Below are positions 38,697-48,587 of a stretch of DNA of 48,914 nucleotides, piece after piece. Where the stretch lies: the NCBI GenBank assembly GCA_905181985.1, contig CAJIZW010000105.1, forward strand, positions 1 through 48,914, written 5' to 3'. The first letter of the stretch is position 1; each line of letters opens with the position of its first letter. The translations under genes were made by a program, and so were the position numbers. This DNA comes from an uncultured Rhodobacteraceae bacterium. GTDB lineage: Bacteria; Pseudomonadota; Alphaproteobacteria; Rhodobacterales; Rhodobacteraceae. Under the pieces are notes generated by a model. The model saw nothing but the letters and a program-made list of their open reading frames with translations. It made no database searches and had not been told where the DNA came from.

Positions 38697-39488
38697 ATGG
38701 CCCGTATAGACGATACTTTTTTAACTCTAAGAGCTACTGGAAAGAAAGCCTTTGTTGCTTACATAATGGCCGGTGATCCAGATTATAATAAATCAATGGA
38801 ACTTCTCAACGGTCTTCCTGAGGCCGGTGTAGACATAATTGAACTCGGCCTACCTTTTACCGACCCAATGGCGGACGGTCCAACAATCCAGCTAGCTGGT
38901 CAACGAGCTTTAAATTCAGGGCAAAATCTTAAAAAAACTCTTCAAATGGTAGAAGATTTTAGGCGTAAAAATAATGTCACTCCAATAATCATAATGGGTT
39001 ACTATAATCCTATTTATTCCTATGGCGTGGATAAATTTTTATCTAAAGCAAAACTAGTAGGCGTTGATGGGCTTATTATTGTAGATCTTCCACCTGAAGA
39101 AGATAATGAACTATGCATTCCAGCCAAGAACATAGGGCTTAATTTTATTCGATTAGCAACACCCACCACAGATGCAAAAAGACTTCCTGCAGTCCTAAAA
39201 AATACATCCGGGTTCGTCTACTATGTTTCCATAAATGGTATAACCGGTGTGGCCAACGCAAGTTCTGGAAGTGTAGCCCCAGAAGTTTCTCGAATTAAAA
39301 ACGAGACAGAGCTACCTGTGGTAGTTGGTTTTGGAATTAAAACCCCTGTAGCCGCATTGGAAATGGCAAAAGTAGCAGATGGTGTGGTTGTCGGCTCGGC
39401 AGTGGTAGAAAAAATTGCACAGGGCGAATCAAACGAAAACGTATTAGCCTTTATTAAATCACTGGCAGATGGCGTTCATAATGCTTAA
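38697..39488 (+). CDS. trpA: Tryptophan synthase alpha chain
   Basis: [22 protein letters not shown], and GFGI near the C-terminus. Confidence 0.95.
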   Translation: MARIDDTFLTLRATGKKAFVAYIMAGDPDYNKSMELLNGLPEAGVDIIELGLPFTDPMADGPTIQLAGQRALNSGQNLKKTLQMVEDFRRKNNVTPIIIMGYYNPIYSYGVDKFLSKAKLVGVDGLIIVDLPPEEDNELCIPAKNIGLNFIRLATPTTDAKRLPAVLKNTSGFVYYVSINGITGVANASSGSVAPEVSRIKNETELPVVVGFGIKTPVAALEMAKVADGVVVGSAVVEKIAQGESNENVLAFIKSLADGVHNA

Positions 39489-39544
39489 TTACGAGGATAT
39501 TCGACCCAGAATCGCTCATAATAATTGATAAAAGGTTACCATAC

Positions 39545-40708
39545 ATGACTGTAATAACTGAAATAAAAGACTTTAAAAGAATTTACAAAAATCGCGTCCC
39601 AAAAATGTTTTACGACTATTGTGAAACTGGAAGTTGGACAGAGCAAACTTTTCGTGAAAACTCAACAGACTTTGAACAGATACGCTTAAGACAACGTGTT
39701 GCAGTTGATATGGAAGGTCGATCGACAACGTCTAAAATGGTTGGGAGGGATGTAACAATGCCAGTAGCCCTAGCTCCAGTAGGTCTTACGGGAATGCAAC
39801 ACGCAAATGGAGAAATACTTGCTGCTAAAGCGGCCGAATCTTTTGGAGTTCCCTTTACCCTATCAACAATGTCGATCTGCTCTATTGAGGATGTAGCGGA
39901 ACATACAACAGCTCCTTTTTGGTTTCAACTATATGTAATGCGTGATGAAGAATTTATTACAAACCTAATAGATAGAGCTAAGCAAGCAAATTGTGATGCT
40001 TTACTACTCACGCTAGATCTTCAAATTTTAGGCCAAAGACATAAAGACCTTAAGAATGGTTTATCAATACCACCAAAGTTAAGGCCTTCAGTTTTAATGG
40101 ACTTAATGACAAAATGGACCTGGGCTTTCAAAATGTTAGGAGCAAAACGTCGAACTTTTGGTAACATAGTTGGCCACGCTAAAAGCGTGAATGATATCTC
40201 TAGTTTAGCAAGTTGGACCAGTGAACAATTTGACCCAAAGTTAGACTGGGACACAGTCAAACGGTACAGAAAACAGTGGGATGGAAAGTTTATTCTTAAA
40301 GGGATTCTAGATGCTGAAGATGCAAAGAAAGCTCTAGAAATTGGAGCAGATGCAATTATTGTGTCCAATCACGGTGGAAGACAGCTAGATGGTGCATTAA
40401 GCTCCATCCGTGTACTCCCAGAAATAATAGACGCGGTTGGTGACAAAATAGAGGTTCATTTAGACAGTGGAATTAGATCTGGTCAGGATGTTCTTAAAGC
40501 CCTAGCCCTAGGTGCAACCGGGACATATATAGGACGCGCATACATATACGGTCTTGGAGCGCTCGGTCAACAAGGTGTTGAAACTGCTTTATCAATTATT
40601 CACAAGGAGTTGGATACCACTATGGCGCTATGTGGAGAAAAAAATATTCATAAATTGAATCGATCAAATCTTCTTATTCCAGAAGAATTTTTTCAAAAAT
40701 ATTCATAA
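39545..40708 (+). CDS. FMN-dependent alpha-hydroxy acid dehydrogenase (L-lactate dehydrogenase-like)
   Basis: 387 aa with PFWFQLY, SNHGGRQLD and DSGIRSGQDVLKALALGA. Confidence 0.85.
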   Translation: MTVITEIKDFKRIYKNRVPKMFYDYCETGSWTEQTFRENSTDFEQIRLRQRVAVDMEGRSTTSKMVGRDVTMPVALAPVGLTGMQHANGEILAAKAAESFGVPFTLSTMSICSIEDVAEHTTAPFWFQLYVMRDEEFITNLIDRAKQANCDALLLTLDLQILGQRHKDLKNGLSIPPKLRPSVLMDLMTKWTWAFKMLGAKRRTFGNIVGHAKSVNDISSLASWTSEQFDPKLDWDTVKRYRKQWDGKFILKGILDAEDAKKALEIGADAIIVSNHGGRQLDGALSSIRVLPEIIDAVGDKIEVHLDSGIRSGQDVLKALALGATGTYIGRAYIYGLGALGQQGVETALSIIHKELDTTMALCGEKNIHKLNRSNLLIPEEFFQKYS

Positions 40709-40747
40709 ATTTTTAATAGATAAATAAACTTACAAAAAGGAATAAAA

Positions 40748-41323
40748 ATGGCGACAAAGCTTATACTATTTATAATGCTTATTTTTCCATCGATTATATT
40801 AGCGCACTCTCCAATCATAACCAAAACTAATCAGATAATGACAAAAAGTAATCCATTTGTTATCTCAAAACCCGAACACTCAAAAGCCATTTTTTCTGAA
40901 TTAAATGGATCAGAGGATTATTACAAAATTGAAAGCGCTATCCCTTTCAAATTTTATGCTGGAATTACGGTACCAAAACTTGAAACCTGTGGACGACAAA
41001 ATTACTTTTCATTTAAGATACTTGGAGCTGACTTTAAAGAAATAGACGGCAGAGATGGTGCAACCTTTGAATGGTGGGCCTGGTATGAAAAATACGGCAA
41101 GTCGTGGTACTGGGTCGGACCAGAAATCGGAGAAAACTTTGCTTCGAACAGAATGTATAACCCCGGCACATATTATATTAAAGTATTCAATCAAACAAAC
41201 ACTGGAAAATACGCATTAGCAGTGGGCGACATAGAAAAATTTGGACTGGCATCAATCCCAAAGTTATTATTAACAGTTAGAAAGTTAAAAAAGGTTTTCT
41301 GGGCAGAAAGTAATTGTAGGTAG
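40748..41323 (+). CDS. Hypothetical secreted protein
   Basis: Signal peptide MATKLILFIMLIFPSIILA|HSP. The mature part is Trp/Tyr-rich and beta-sandwich-like (DYYKIES ... GTYYIKVFNQTNTGKYALAVG). I do not recognise a family. Confidence 0.55.
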   Translation: MATKLILFIMLIFPSIILAHSPIITKTNQIMTKSNPFVISKPEHSKAIFSELNGSEDYYKIESAIPFKFYAGITVPKLETCGRQNYFSFKILGADFKEIDGRDGATFEWWAWYEKYGKSWYWVGPEIGENFASNRMYNPGTYYIKVFNQTNTGKYALAVGDIEKFGLASIPKLLLTVRKLKKVFWAESNCR

Positions 41324-41503
41324 CTCTAGACCATTCTAGATGATCGTCTCAGCCCCAAGCAAGTATAGGGTTGAAGAAATAAAAAATGATTCTTAATATA
41401 ATACAAAATAAAAGCTTTCCAAATTAAAAATACTTAACTATACGCATCATTTCACGCGGCTCTACACCCTTGGAGGAGACCGCATAATTATTGGAGAATA
41501 AAA

Positions 41504-42169
41504 ATGGCTGATGAGACACCAAATCTTATCGCCGAGGCACGCTCGAGGACAGGCAAGGGGGCCGCTCGATCAGCACGCCGTAATGGTATGGTGCCCGGTG
41601 TAGTTTACGGTGGAGGAGTAGATCCACTACCTATAAATATCCCTTACAATATACTATTAAGAAAACTAAAAGCAGGTCGCTTTCTGTCAACGTTATTCGA
41701 CTTGAAAGTTGAAGGTCATGATGATGTTCGTGTAATATGTCGAAACGTACAAAGAAACGTTGTTAAAGACTTGCCCACTCATGTTGACTTCATGCGATTG
41801 AAAAGAGATACGCGAATAAATTTATTTATTCAGGTCAATTTTACTGGAGAAGATATTTGTCCAGGTCTAAAACGCGGCGGTGTCTTGACTGTTGTGCGTC
41901 CAGAAGTCGAATTAATGGTTACAGCTGGTGAGATACCAGAAAGTATTGAGGTTGATCTTTCAAACTTAACAGTAGGTGACGCAGTAACGATTTCCTCTGT
42001 AACATTACCTTCTGGAACAAAAGCTATTATCGATCGCGACTTTGTGATCGCTACCATTCAGGCTCCATCAAGTCTCAAATCTTCAGGAGTAGATGATGAT
42101 GATGATGATGCGGAAGCCGTAGAAGGTTCTGAGGAATCAGAAGATAAAGCTGAAGGTGCAGCAGATTAA
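41504..42169 (+). CDS. rplY: 50S ribosomal protein L25 / general stress protein Ctc
   Basis: [26 protein letters not shown]-terminus, two-domain Ctc form, and an acidic tail ([18 protein letters not shown]). Confidence 0.9.
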   Translation: MADETPNLIAEARSRTGKGAARSARRNGMVPGVVYGGGVDPLPINIPYNILLRKLKAGRFLSTLFDLKVEGHDDVRVICRNVQRNVVKDLPTHVDFMRLKRDTRINLFIQVNFTGEDICPGLKRGGVLTVVRPEVELMVTAGEIPESIEVDLSNLTVGDAVTISSVTLPSGTKAIIDRDFVIATIQAPSSLKSSGVDDDDDDAEAVEGSEESEDKAEGAAD

Positions 42170-42182
42170 TCTTTAAAAAAAT

Positions 42183-42218
42183 TTACCAAATGCATAGTAA
42201 AGAATATGCGTTTGGTAA
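42183..42218. other. 14-bp stem hairpin in the rplY-pth spacer
   Basis: TTACCAAATGCATA, 8-nt loop, TATGCGTTTGGTAA (one G-U pair). An A-run lies upstream and no T-run lies downstream on the + strand. Confidence 0.45.
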
Positions 42219-42263
42219 AACTTGATCTATTAAATCGTGCTAATTTCTGGTAAGTGAAGTCTC

Positions 42264-42941
42264 ATGATGTTATTTGTTGGACTTGGAAACCCTGGGAGTC
42301 AGTACGAAAAAAACCGACATAATGTTGGTTTTATGGCTGTATCTCGCATAGTAGAAAACCATAACTTTTCTCCTTGGAAAAACAAGTTTCAGGGCTCTAT
42401 AAGTAACGGCTTATTAAGAAATCAAAAAATTATTATTTTAAAACCTAATACGTTTATGAACTTGAGTGGGCAATCTGTAGGCGAAGTTATTAGGTTTTAT
42501 AAAATACCTTCTAGTAAAGTTATTGTGTTTCACGATGAAATAGACTTCCCGCTGGGGAAACTAAAATTTAAAAGTGGCGGTGGTCATGCTGGACACAATG
42601 GGTTGCGTTCTATAAGTGAGCACATTGGTTCAGATTACATAAGAATTAGAATTGGTGTTGGACATCCTGGAAACAAAAATGCTGTAGCAAATTATGTTCT
42701 TGGTGATTTTTCAAAAGTAGAACAAGAAACTATTACACAAATATTAGAAGTAATTTCGACAGAAGCACCAGACCTTACTTTAGAAAACGCAACTGATTTT
42801 GGTAAATCAATATCTGAAAAAATACAAAAAAATACTTCTAAAGATAAGGTAATTAAAAAAGAAACTGTTGAAAACTCTAAGAGGGTTGTAGAAGATACCA
42901 AAAGAAGTTCCTTACAGAAACTTCTTGATAGATTTAAGTAG
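42264..42941 (+). CDS. pth: Peptidyl-tRNA hydrolase
   Basis: MMLFVGLGNPG, YEKNRHNVGF, HAGHNGLRSI, plus a Lys/Glu-rich C-terminal extension. Confidence 0.9.
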   Translation: MMLFVGLGNPGSQYEKNRHNVGFMAVSRIVENHNFSPWKNKFQGSISNGLLRNQKIIILKPNTFMNLSGQSVGEVIRFYKIPSSKVIVFHDEIDFPLGKLKFKSGGGHAGHNGLRSISEHIGSDYIRIRIGVGHPGNKNAVANYVLGDFSKVEQETITQILEVISTEAPDLTLENATDFGKSISEKIQKNTSKDKVIKKETVENSKRVVEDTKRSSLQKLLDRFK

Positions 42942-42951
42942 GGGTAGAAAA

Positions 42952-43320
42952 ATGGATCAATTTCCATCGTTAAATGTCTATGGCAATAAGCTTACTGAGT
43001 GCTCCAAAGAGCCTTTGACTGGTTACTACAGGACGGGTTGTTGTGATACAGGTCCTTCTGATACAGGAAAACACACTGTCTGCGTCATCATGACAGATGA
43101 ATTCCTAGCAATGTCAAAATACCTTGGTAACGATCTCTCAACACCTCGCCCAGAATTTAACTTCTCTGGGTTAAAAAAAGGGGATCAATGGTGTCTGTGC
43201 GCTGAACGCTTTCTGCAAGCCCATGAAGAAGGTGCGGCCCCGAAAGTAAACCTTGAAGCAACTCATCAAGAAACCTTAAAAATTGTTAAAATTGAAATTT
43301 TAGAGTTATATACTATTTAG
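42952..43320 (+). CDS. DUF2237 family protein
   Basis: NVYGNKLTECS, TGYYRTGCCDTGPSDTGKHTVCV, GNDLSTPRPEF, GDQWCLCAERF. ATG at 42952; the track start at 42925 is upstream. Confidence 0.8.
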   Translation: MDQFPSLNVYGNKLTECSKEPLTGYYRTGCCDTGPSDTGKHTVCVIMTDEFLAMSKYLGNDLSTPRPEFNFSGLKKGDQWCLCAERFLQAHEEGAAPKVNLEATHQETLKIVKIEILELYTI

Positions 43321-43321
43321 C

Positions 43322-43338
43322 TAATATTATTAGGAAAA
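43322..43338. repeat. Right copy of the inverted repeat at the inversion junction (TAATATTA TT AGGAAAA)
   Basis: Reverse complement matches 38571-38585. It spans the 9-nt DUF2237/trpB spacer and the last codons of trpB. Confidence 0.4.
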
Positions 43339-44559
43339 CTCCATATCAAAATTTAAGGCTTTTGCTACAGTAAAAATATCTTTATCCCCCCTACCACACA
43401 TATTCATACAAATTATATGTTCAGGAGGTAGCTTTGGAGCTATTTTTCCAACATGTGCCAAAGCGTGGCTAGGCTCTAAGGCTGGTATAATTCCTTCAAG
43501 CTCACAACATAGTTGAAAAGAAGCTAATGCTTCCTTATCAGTAATTGACACATAATTTACTCTACCTGACTCATGTAACCATGCGTGTTCTGGACCGATG
43601 CCTGGGTAATCGAGACCAGCAGAAATAGAAAATCCTTCTAAGATTTGACCATCATCATCTTGTAAAAGGTACGTTCTGTTTCCATGTAGAACCCCAGGCC
43701 GGCCACCTGTTAGTGAGGCACAATGTTCCATTTTTGAGTTGACACCCTTTCCTCCAGCTTCGACACCAATTATTGACACCTTAAGGTCATCTAAAAATGG
43801 ATAAAATAAACCCATTGCGTTGGATCCACCACCAATAGCAGCAACTAAAGTGTCTGGAGCCCTGCCCTCTTGTTCTAGCATTTGAGCTTTTGTCTCTTTC
43901 CCAATTATAGACTGAAAGTCTCTTACCATCTCGGGGTAAGGATGAGGCCCCGCTACAGTTCCGATACAATAAAATGTGTCGTCAACATTTGTTACCCAAT
44001 CTCTCAGAGCGTCATTCATCGCATCTTTTAATGTTCCCCTCCCAGACGTTACAGGGATCACTTCAGCACCTAGAAGTTTCATACGAAACACATTTGGTGC
44101 TTGTCTCTCAACATCATGTGCTCCCATATAAACTACACACTTAAGACCAAATTTAGCACAAACAGTTGCTGTCGCCACCCCGTGTTGCCCTGCTCCAGTC
44201 TCCGCTATAATTCGTTTTTTATTCATTCTACGTGCTAAGAGTATTTGGCCTAGCACGTTATTTATTTTATGCGCTCCAGTATGATTTAACTCGTCTCGTT
44301 TCATATAAATCTTTGCACCAGAGAAATGGTTAGTTAGCCTCTCACAAAAATATAACGGCGAGGGACGCCCAACATAATTGGTCCAAAGGTCATCCATTTC
44401 TGTCCAAAAAATAGGGTCTATTTTTGCATTTTCATACTCTTTTTCTAATTCCAAAATAAGTGGCATTAGGGTTTCTGAGACAAACCGTCCACCAAAGTCA
44501 CCAAAACGACCTGACTCATCAGGACCAGCCGTGAAACTATTTAACAAATCACCCGTCAT
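43330..44559 (-). CDS. trpB: Tryptophan synthase beta chain
   Basis: [17 protein letters not shown] and the PLP lysine motif [14 protein letters not shown] at 44559 follows AGGGGA and overlaps the trpF stop by 11 nt. The track start at 44586 is TTG. Confidence 0.95.
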   Translation of the reverse strand: MTGDLLNSFTAGPDESGRFGDFGGRFVSETLMPLILELEKEYENAKIDPIFWTEMDDLWTNYVGRPSPLYFCERLTNHFSGAKIYMKRDELNHTGAHKINNVLGQILLARRMNKKRIIAETGAGQHGVATATVCAKFGLKCVVYMGAHDVERQAPNVFRMKLLGAEVIPVTSGRGTLKDAMNDALRDWVTNVDDTFYCIGTVAGPHPYPEMVRDFQSIIGKETKAQMLEQEGRAPDTLVAAIGGGSNAMGLFYPFLDDLKVSIIGVEAGGKGVNSKMEHCASLTGGRPGVLHGNRTYLLQDDDGQILEGFSISAGLDYPGIGPEHAWLHESGRVNYVSITDKEALASFQLCCELEGIIPALEPSHALAHVGKIAPKLPPEHIICMNMCGRGDKDIFTVAKALNFDMEFS

Positions 44560-45202
44560 AATTTTTTCCCCTAACAGTGCTAACAAAATCGTATATTAAC
44601 TTCGTGTCTTTAATACCAGGTCTGGATTCCACACCAGAAGACACGTCAACTTGTTTAGCCCCACTGGTTGCTATCGCTTCTTGTACATTGCTACAATCTA
44701 AACCTCCAGCCAACATCCAAGGAACTTTCCAGTCAAACCCTGAGATCAATTTCCAATCAAAGGTTACTCCATTCCCACCCGGAGGGCTGAGCTTATCGGG
44801 TTTCTCTGCATCTATTAATAATTGATCAGCTACTAAAGAGAAATCTCTAATTTTTATTAAATCCTGTTTAGTCCTTAAACTAACTGACTTTATAACAGGA
44901 ACTTTAAATTTAGTGCGAATTATTGAAACCCTCTCTGGTCGCTCCTCACCATGCAGTTGCAACACATCAACAGGAAAATTTGAAAACAAATTATCGAGTT
45001 CTGAATCTAGAGGATCAACTATTAAAGCAACTTTTAAAACTTCCTTAGGAATCAGAGTAGCTATTTTTGCAGCTTCAAGTAATTCTAAGTTTCTTTTCGA
45101 TCCCTTGTGAAAAACAAACCCAACATAGTCAACACTAGACCTTATACATGGCTCAACGTCTCTGAGATTTGTTAAACCACATATTTTAATTTTTACGGTC
45201 AT
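44549..45202 (-). CDS. trpF: Phosphoribosylanthranilate isomerase
   Basis: [12 protein letters not shown]-terminus, LQLHGEE, AGGL and VDVSSGVE. Confidence 0.9.
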   Translation of the reverse strand: MTVKIKICGLTNLRDVEPCIRSSVDYVGFVFHKGSKRNLELLEAAKIATLIPKEVLKVALIVDPLDSELDNLFSNFPVDVLQLHGEERPERVSIIRTKFKVPVIKSVSLRTKQDLIKIRDFSLVADQLLIDAEKPDKLSPPGGNGVTFDWKLISGFDWKVPWMLAGGLDCSNVQEAIATSGAKQVDVSSGVESRPGIKDTKLIYDFVSTVRGKNYDG

Positions 45203-45223
45203 TTAAGAGTTATCCTAAAATTA

Positions 45224-45577
45224 CTATTTGCGTTCATCCAATAAATTAAAGATATCGTCCGAGCCCTTTGACAAAAGATTACTTGATACATCTACATGAT
45301 CTTTCAGAACTTTATTCTCTAGAGCTTTAAGTTCTTTTTTTCTCCGGGCCTTAACTCCACGAAACCATTCACTTATAATTCCTAAGAACATACCAACTAG
45401 AATTGCAATTAATAGTAAAACGAAAAGAGGCACTTCGAATATTAAGCCTTTTTTATAAAAAAAATCTAATTCAGACGGAATAAACTTAAACTTTACTACT
45501 TCTTGGTTAGACAAAGATAAAAGTAGCAAGGTAAATCCGAAAAGACATACGAATAGACCGCGAATATACCTCATCAA
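45224..45577 (-). CDS. LapA/DUF1049 family inner-membrane protein
   Basis: Two TM helices plus a charged tail. The start overlaps the ihfB stop (ATGA). This is the conserved position after ihfB in alphaproteobacteria. Confidence 0.6.
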   Translation of the reverse strand: MMRYIRGLFVCLFGFTLLLLSLSNQEVVKFKFIPSELDFFYKKGLIFEVPLFVLLLIAILVGMFLGIISEWFRGVKARRKKELKALENKVLKDHVDVSSNLLSKGSDDIFNLLDERK

Positions 45578-45864
45578 CTATCGTTATTGCCATTCAGTCG
45601 ATCTCTTAGCAATTTCCCTGTTTTAAAGAATGGAATATGTTTACTTTCAACACTTACTGCATCTCCCGTCTTTGGATTTCTGCCTATACGTGCCTTCCTC
45701 TTCTTTACCGAAAAGGCACCAAACCCACGCAATTCAACTCTATCTCCAGACGATATGGTTGATATAATTTCATCAAAAATAGTAGAGACTATTCGCTCCG
45801 CATCAGCGACATTCAATACCGGGTTATCTTCGGCAATCTTTTGAACTAATTCAGAGCGTATCAT
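45574..45864 (-). CDS. ihfB: Integration host factor subunit beta
   Basis: [40 protein letters not shown] (DNA-binding arm). Confidence 0.9.
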   Translation of the reverse strand: MIRSELVQKIAEDNPVLNVADAERIVSTIFDEIISTISSGDRVELRGFGAFSVKKRKARIGRNPKTGDAVSVESKHIPFFKTGKLLRDRLNGNNDS

Positions 45865-46075
45865 TTTTTAACTCCCATAAAGTACTTTGAGGCATTAAGT
45901 GTTCTAAAAATAATTATACCCCTACATATACGATTGTTAAAAGAGACAAGATCAAAAAAAAGTGATCTAAATCAAAAAAAAAGAACTATTCATCTAAATA
46001 GTTTCCTTTTTCCACATTTTTTAATTTTATGATTGGCTTAGTTTTTAAACTATTGAGGGAATAATTAAACGATTC

Positions 46076-46107
46076 GAAAAAAGGCCCGACTAAATCGGGC
46101 CTTTTTG
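46076..46107 (-). terminator. Rho-independent (bidirectional-looking) terminator after rpsA
   Basis: AGGCCCGA / TCGGGCCT stem with loop CTAAA, flanked by an A6 run on one side and a T5 run on the other. Confidence 0.7.
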
Positions 46108-46119
46108 AAACTACTATTT

Positions 46120-47802
46120 TTATTTATCGTCGTTTTTCAACGCAGCTCCAAGAATGTCTCCAAGTGACGCTCCCGAATCGGAGGAACCATATTGTTCAAC
46201 AGCCTCTTTTTCTTCTGCAATTTCTCGAGCCTTAATAGAAAGACCCAATTTTCGAGTTTTACTATCAATATTTGTAACTCTTACATCGATTTTATTTCCA
46301 ACTCCAAAACGGTCAGGACGCTGCTCTGCCCGATCTCGAGACAAGTCAGTTCGGCGAATAAACGATTTCATTCCCTCGTACTCAACTTCAATTCCACCGT
46401 CTTCGACAGATGTTACCGTTACAGTTATAATTGTACCACGCTTAACTCCTTCAGTAGCACCCTTAAACGGATCATTACCCAAGCCTTTGATAGATAAGGA
46501 CACTCTCTCCTTTTCAACATCAATTTCAGTAACTACAGCCTTAACATTATCTCCTTTTCGAAATTCTCCAAGTGACTGCTCTCCGCCGCCCTCCCAAGAA
46601 ATATCAGAAAGGTGGACCATACCGTCTATATCATTTTCTAGGCCCACAAATAATCCAAATTCTGTTATATTTTTAACTTCTCCCTCAATCTCTGACCCCT
46701 GAGGGAAAGTTTCGGCAAAAACTTCCCATGGGTTACGAATAGTCTGCTTCAAACCCAAGCTAACTCGACGCTTTATACTATCTATCTCTAGAACCATAAC
46801 TTCCACTTCCTGCGAAGTAGAAACAATTTTTCCAGGATGAACATTCTTTTTAGTCCAACTCATCTCAGATACGTGAACCAAACCCTCTACCCCAGCCTCT
46901 AACTCTACAAAAGCACCATAGTCAGTGATATTAGTTACTTTCCCAGTATGTATTGACTCAACAGCATATTTTTCTTGCACTATGTTCCAAGGGTCATCTT
47001 CTAATTGCTTCATTCCCAAACTAATGCGATGAGTTTCTTTATTAATTTTTATGACTTGAACTTTTACAGTCTCACCAATGGTCATAACTTCTCGCGGGTC
47101 ATTAACCCTTCTCCATGCCATATCAGTAACGTGAAGTAATCCATCGACACCTCCCAAATCAATGAAGGCCCCATATTCAGTAATATTTTTTACAATTCCA
47201 TCTACTGTATCGCCCTCTTTTAGGTTGCCAACAACCTCAGCTCTTTGTTCAGCTCTAGATTCTTCTAGAATAGCCCTTCGAGATACGACAATATTACCCC
47301 TCTTCCTATCCATTTTAAGTATAATGAAAGGTTGTTTCATTCCCATCAATGGGGCAGCGTCTCGCACAGGCCTTACATCAACTTGGGATCCTGGAAGGAA
47401 AGCAACAGCTCCCCCTAAATCAACAGTAAAACCACCCTTTACACGACCAAATATTACACCATCAACCCTAAGAGTGTCTGAATGCGCTGTTTCCAACCGG
47501 TCCCAGGCCTCTTCACGACGAGCCTTTTCACGACTAACCGATGCTTCTCCTCTGGAGTTTTCCACCCTATCAAGAAAAACTTCAACTTCCTGACCAATTA
47601 CAAGATCAGGTGTTTCTCCAAGGCTTTCAAATTCCTTTAGGTCAATTCGACCTTCCATTTTATAGCCTATATCTATTATTGCTTGGCCCGCTTCAACAGC
47701 TATGACCTTCCCTTTTACTACTGATCCTTCTTTTGGTGTATCGGTTTCGAAGCTGTCTTTAAGGAGGGCTTCGAATTCCTCCATAGTTGCTGATTGAGTC
47801 AT
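46120..47802 (-). CDS. rpsA: 30S ribosomal protein S1
   Basis: 560 aa with six S1 OB-fold repeats (G.V.....YGAF..L pattern repeated). Confidence 0.95.
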   Translation of the reverse strand: MTQSATMEEFEALLKDSFETDTPKEGSVVKGKVIAVEAGQAIIDIGYKMEGRIDLKEFESLGETPDLVIGQEVEVFLDRVENSRGEASVSREKARREEAWDRLETAHSDTLRVDGVIFGRVKGGFTVDLGGAVAFLPGSQVDVRPVRDAAPLMGMKQPFIILKMDRKRGNIVVSRRAILEESRAEQRAEVVGNLKEGDTVDGIVKNITEYGAFIDLGGVDGLLHVTDMAWRRVNDPREVMTIGETVKVQVIKINKETHRISLGMKQLEDDPWNIVQEKYAVESIHTGKVTNITDYGAFVELEAGVEGLVHVSEMSWTKKNVHPGKIVSTSQEVEVMVLEIDSIKRRVSLGLKQTIRNPWEVFAETFPQGSEIEGEVKNITEFGLFVGLENDIDGMVHLSDISWEGGGEQSLGEFRKGDNVKAVVTEIDVEKERVSLSIKGLGNDPFKGATEGVKRGTIITVTVTSVEDGGIEVEYEGMKSFIRRTDLSRDRAEQRPDRFGVGNKIDVRVTNIDSKTRKLGLSIKAREIAEEKEAVEQYGSSDSGASLGDILGAALKNDDK

Positions 47803-47910
47803 TGAGTTCTATCTTCCTTTTAATTAACATTTTACTGGCCGAGCGGTTGTATCCACCGGTCTTTAGGTTTCGATTTGGTCATACTCAAAAGTAGTAACGT
47901 TAAAATATTT

Positions 47911-48528
47911 CTAAGTACTTAATCTTATAACTTTTGAGATTGCATTAACAGCTAATGCGACAGACGCGTCTATAGACAATTCTGTAGTATCAAGCAAGAC
48001 CGCATCTTCTGCTTTTAGCAAAGGAGAAACTTTTCTCTCTTTATCAGCCAAATCTCTAGCCCTTAACTCTACTATAAGGGATTCAATTTTTAGACCTTTA
48101 TCTTTTTCCGCAAGTTCTTGAAATCGTCTATTAGCTCTTATTTCTTCTGACGCCGTTATATAAAGCTTTATCTCCGCATTTGGACAAATTACTGTTCCTA
48201 TATCTCTACCATCAAGAACCGCACCACCACATCTTCTAGAGAATTCTCTTTGATATTCGACTAATGCGTTTCTAACTTTTATATCTGATGCAATCTGAGA
48301 AGCCATCTTAGAGACGGCCTCTGTCCTTAAACCTTCCACTTCGATTTCGTCGTAGTTAAGTTGTGCTATTGCTTCTAGGGGGTCAAAACCACTTAAAACT
48401 TTCAAACCAATAAATCTATATATTAGACCAGTATCTAAGTAGGAAAACCCAAAATACTCAGAGATCCTCCTAGATATCGTACCTTTACCCGAGGCCGCAG
48501 GTCCATCTATCGCAACAGTGAATTTCAT
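47911..48528 (-). CDS. cmk: Cytidylate kinase
   Basis: AIDGPAASGKGT P-loop, YLDTG and DGRDIGT. Confidence 0.9.
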   Translation of the reverse strand: MKFTVAIDGPAASGKGTISRRISEYFGFSYLDTGLIYRFIGLKVLSGFDPLEAIAQLNYDEIEVEGLRTEAVSKMASQIASDIKVRNALVEYQREFSRRCGGAVLDGRDIGTVICPNAEIKLYITASEEIRANRRFQELAEKDKGLKIESLIVELRARDLADKERKVSPLLKAEDAVLLDTTELSIDASVALAVNAISKVIRLST

Positions 48529-48587
48529 TTTACTTATAATACCTTAATAATTTAGAAAAATTATACCAACTTCACATCATCAATAAC

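Noticed and set aside
38568-43329. Invertible (phase-variable) DNA switch
   Set aside because: No site-specific recombinase is encoded nearby, and the block carries essential genes (pth, rplY, trpA). A fixed evolutionary inversion is the more conservative reading. Orientation polymorphism would need read-level evidence.
46154-47593. Plus-strand ORFs of 182, 101 and 143 aa opposite rpsA
   Set aside because: These are antisense shadows of the highly expressed S1 gene, with Ser/Pro-rich low-complexity products.
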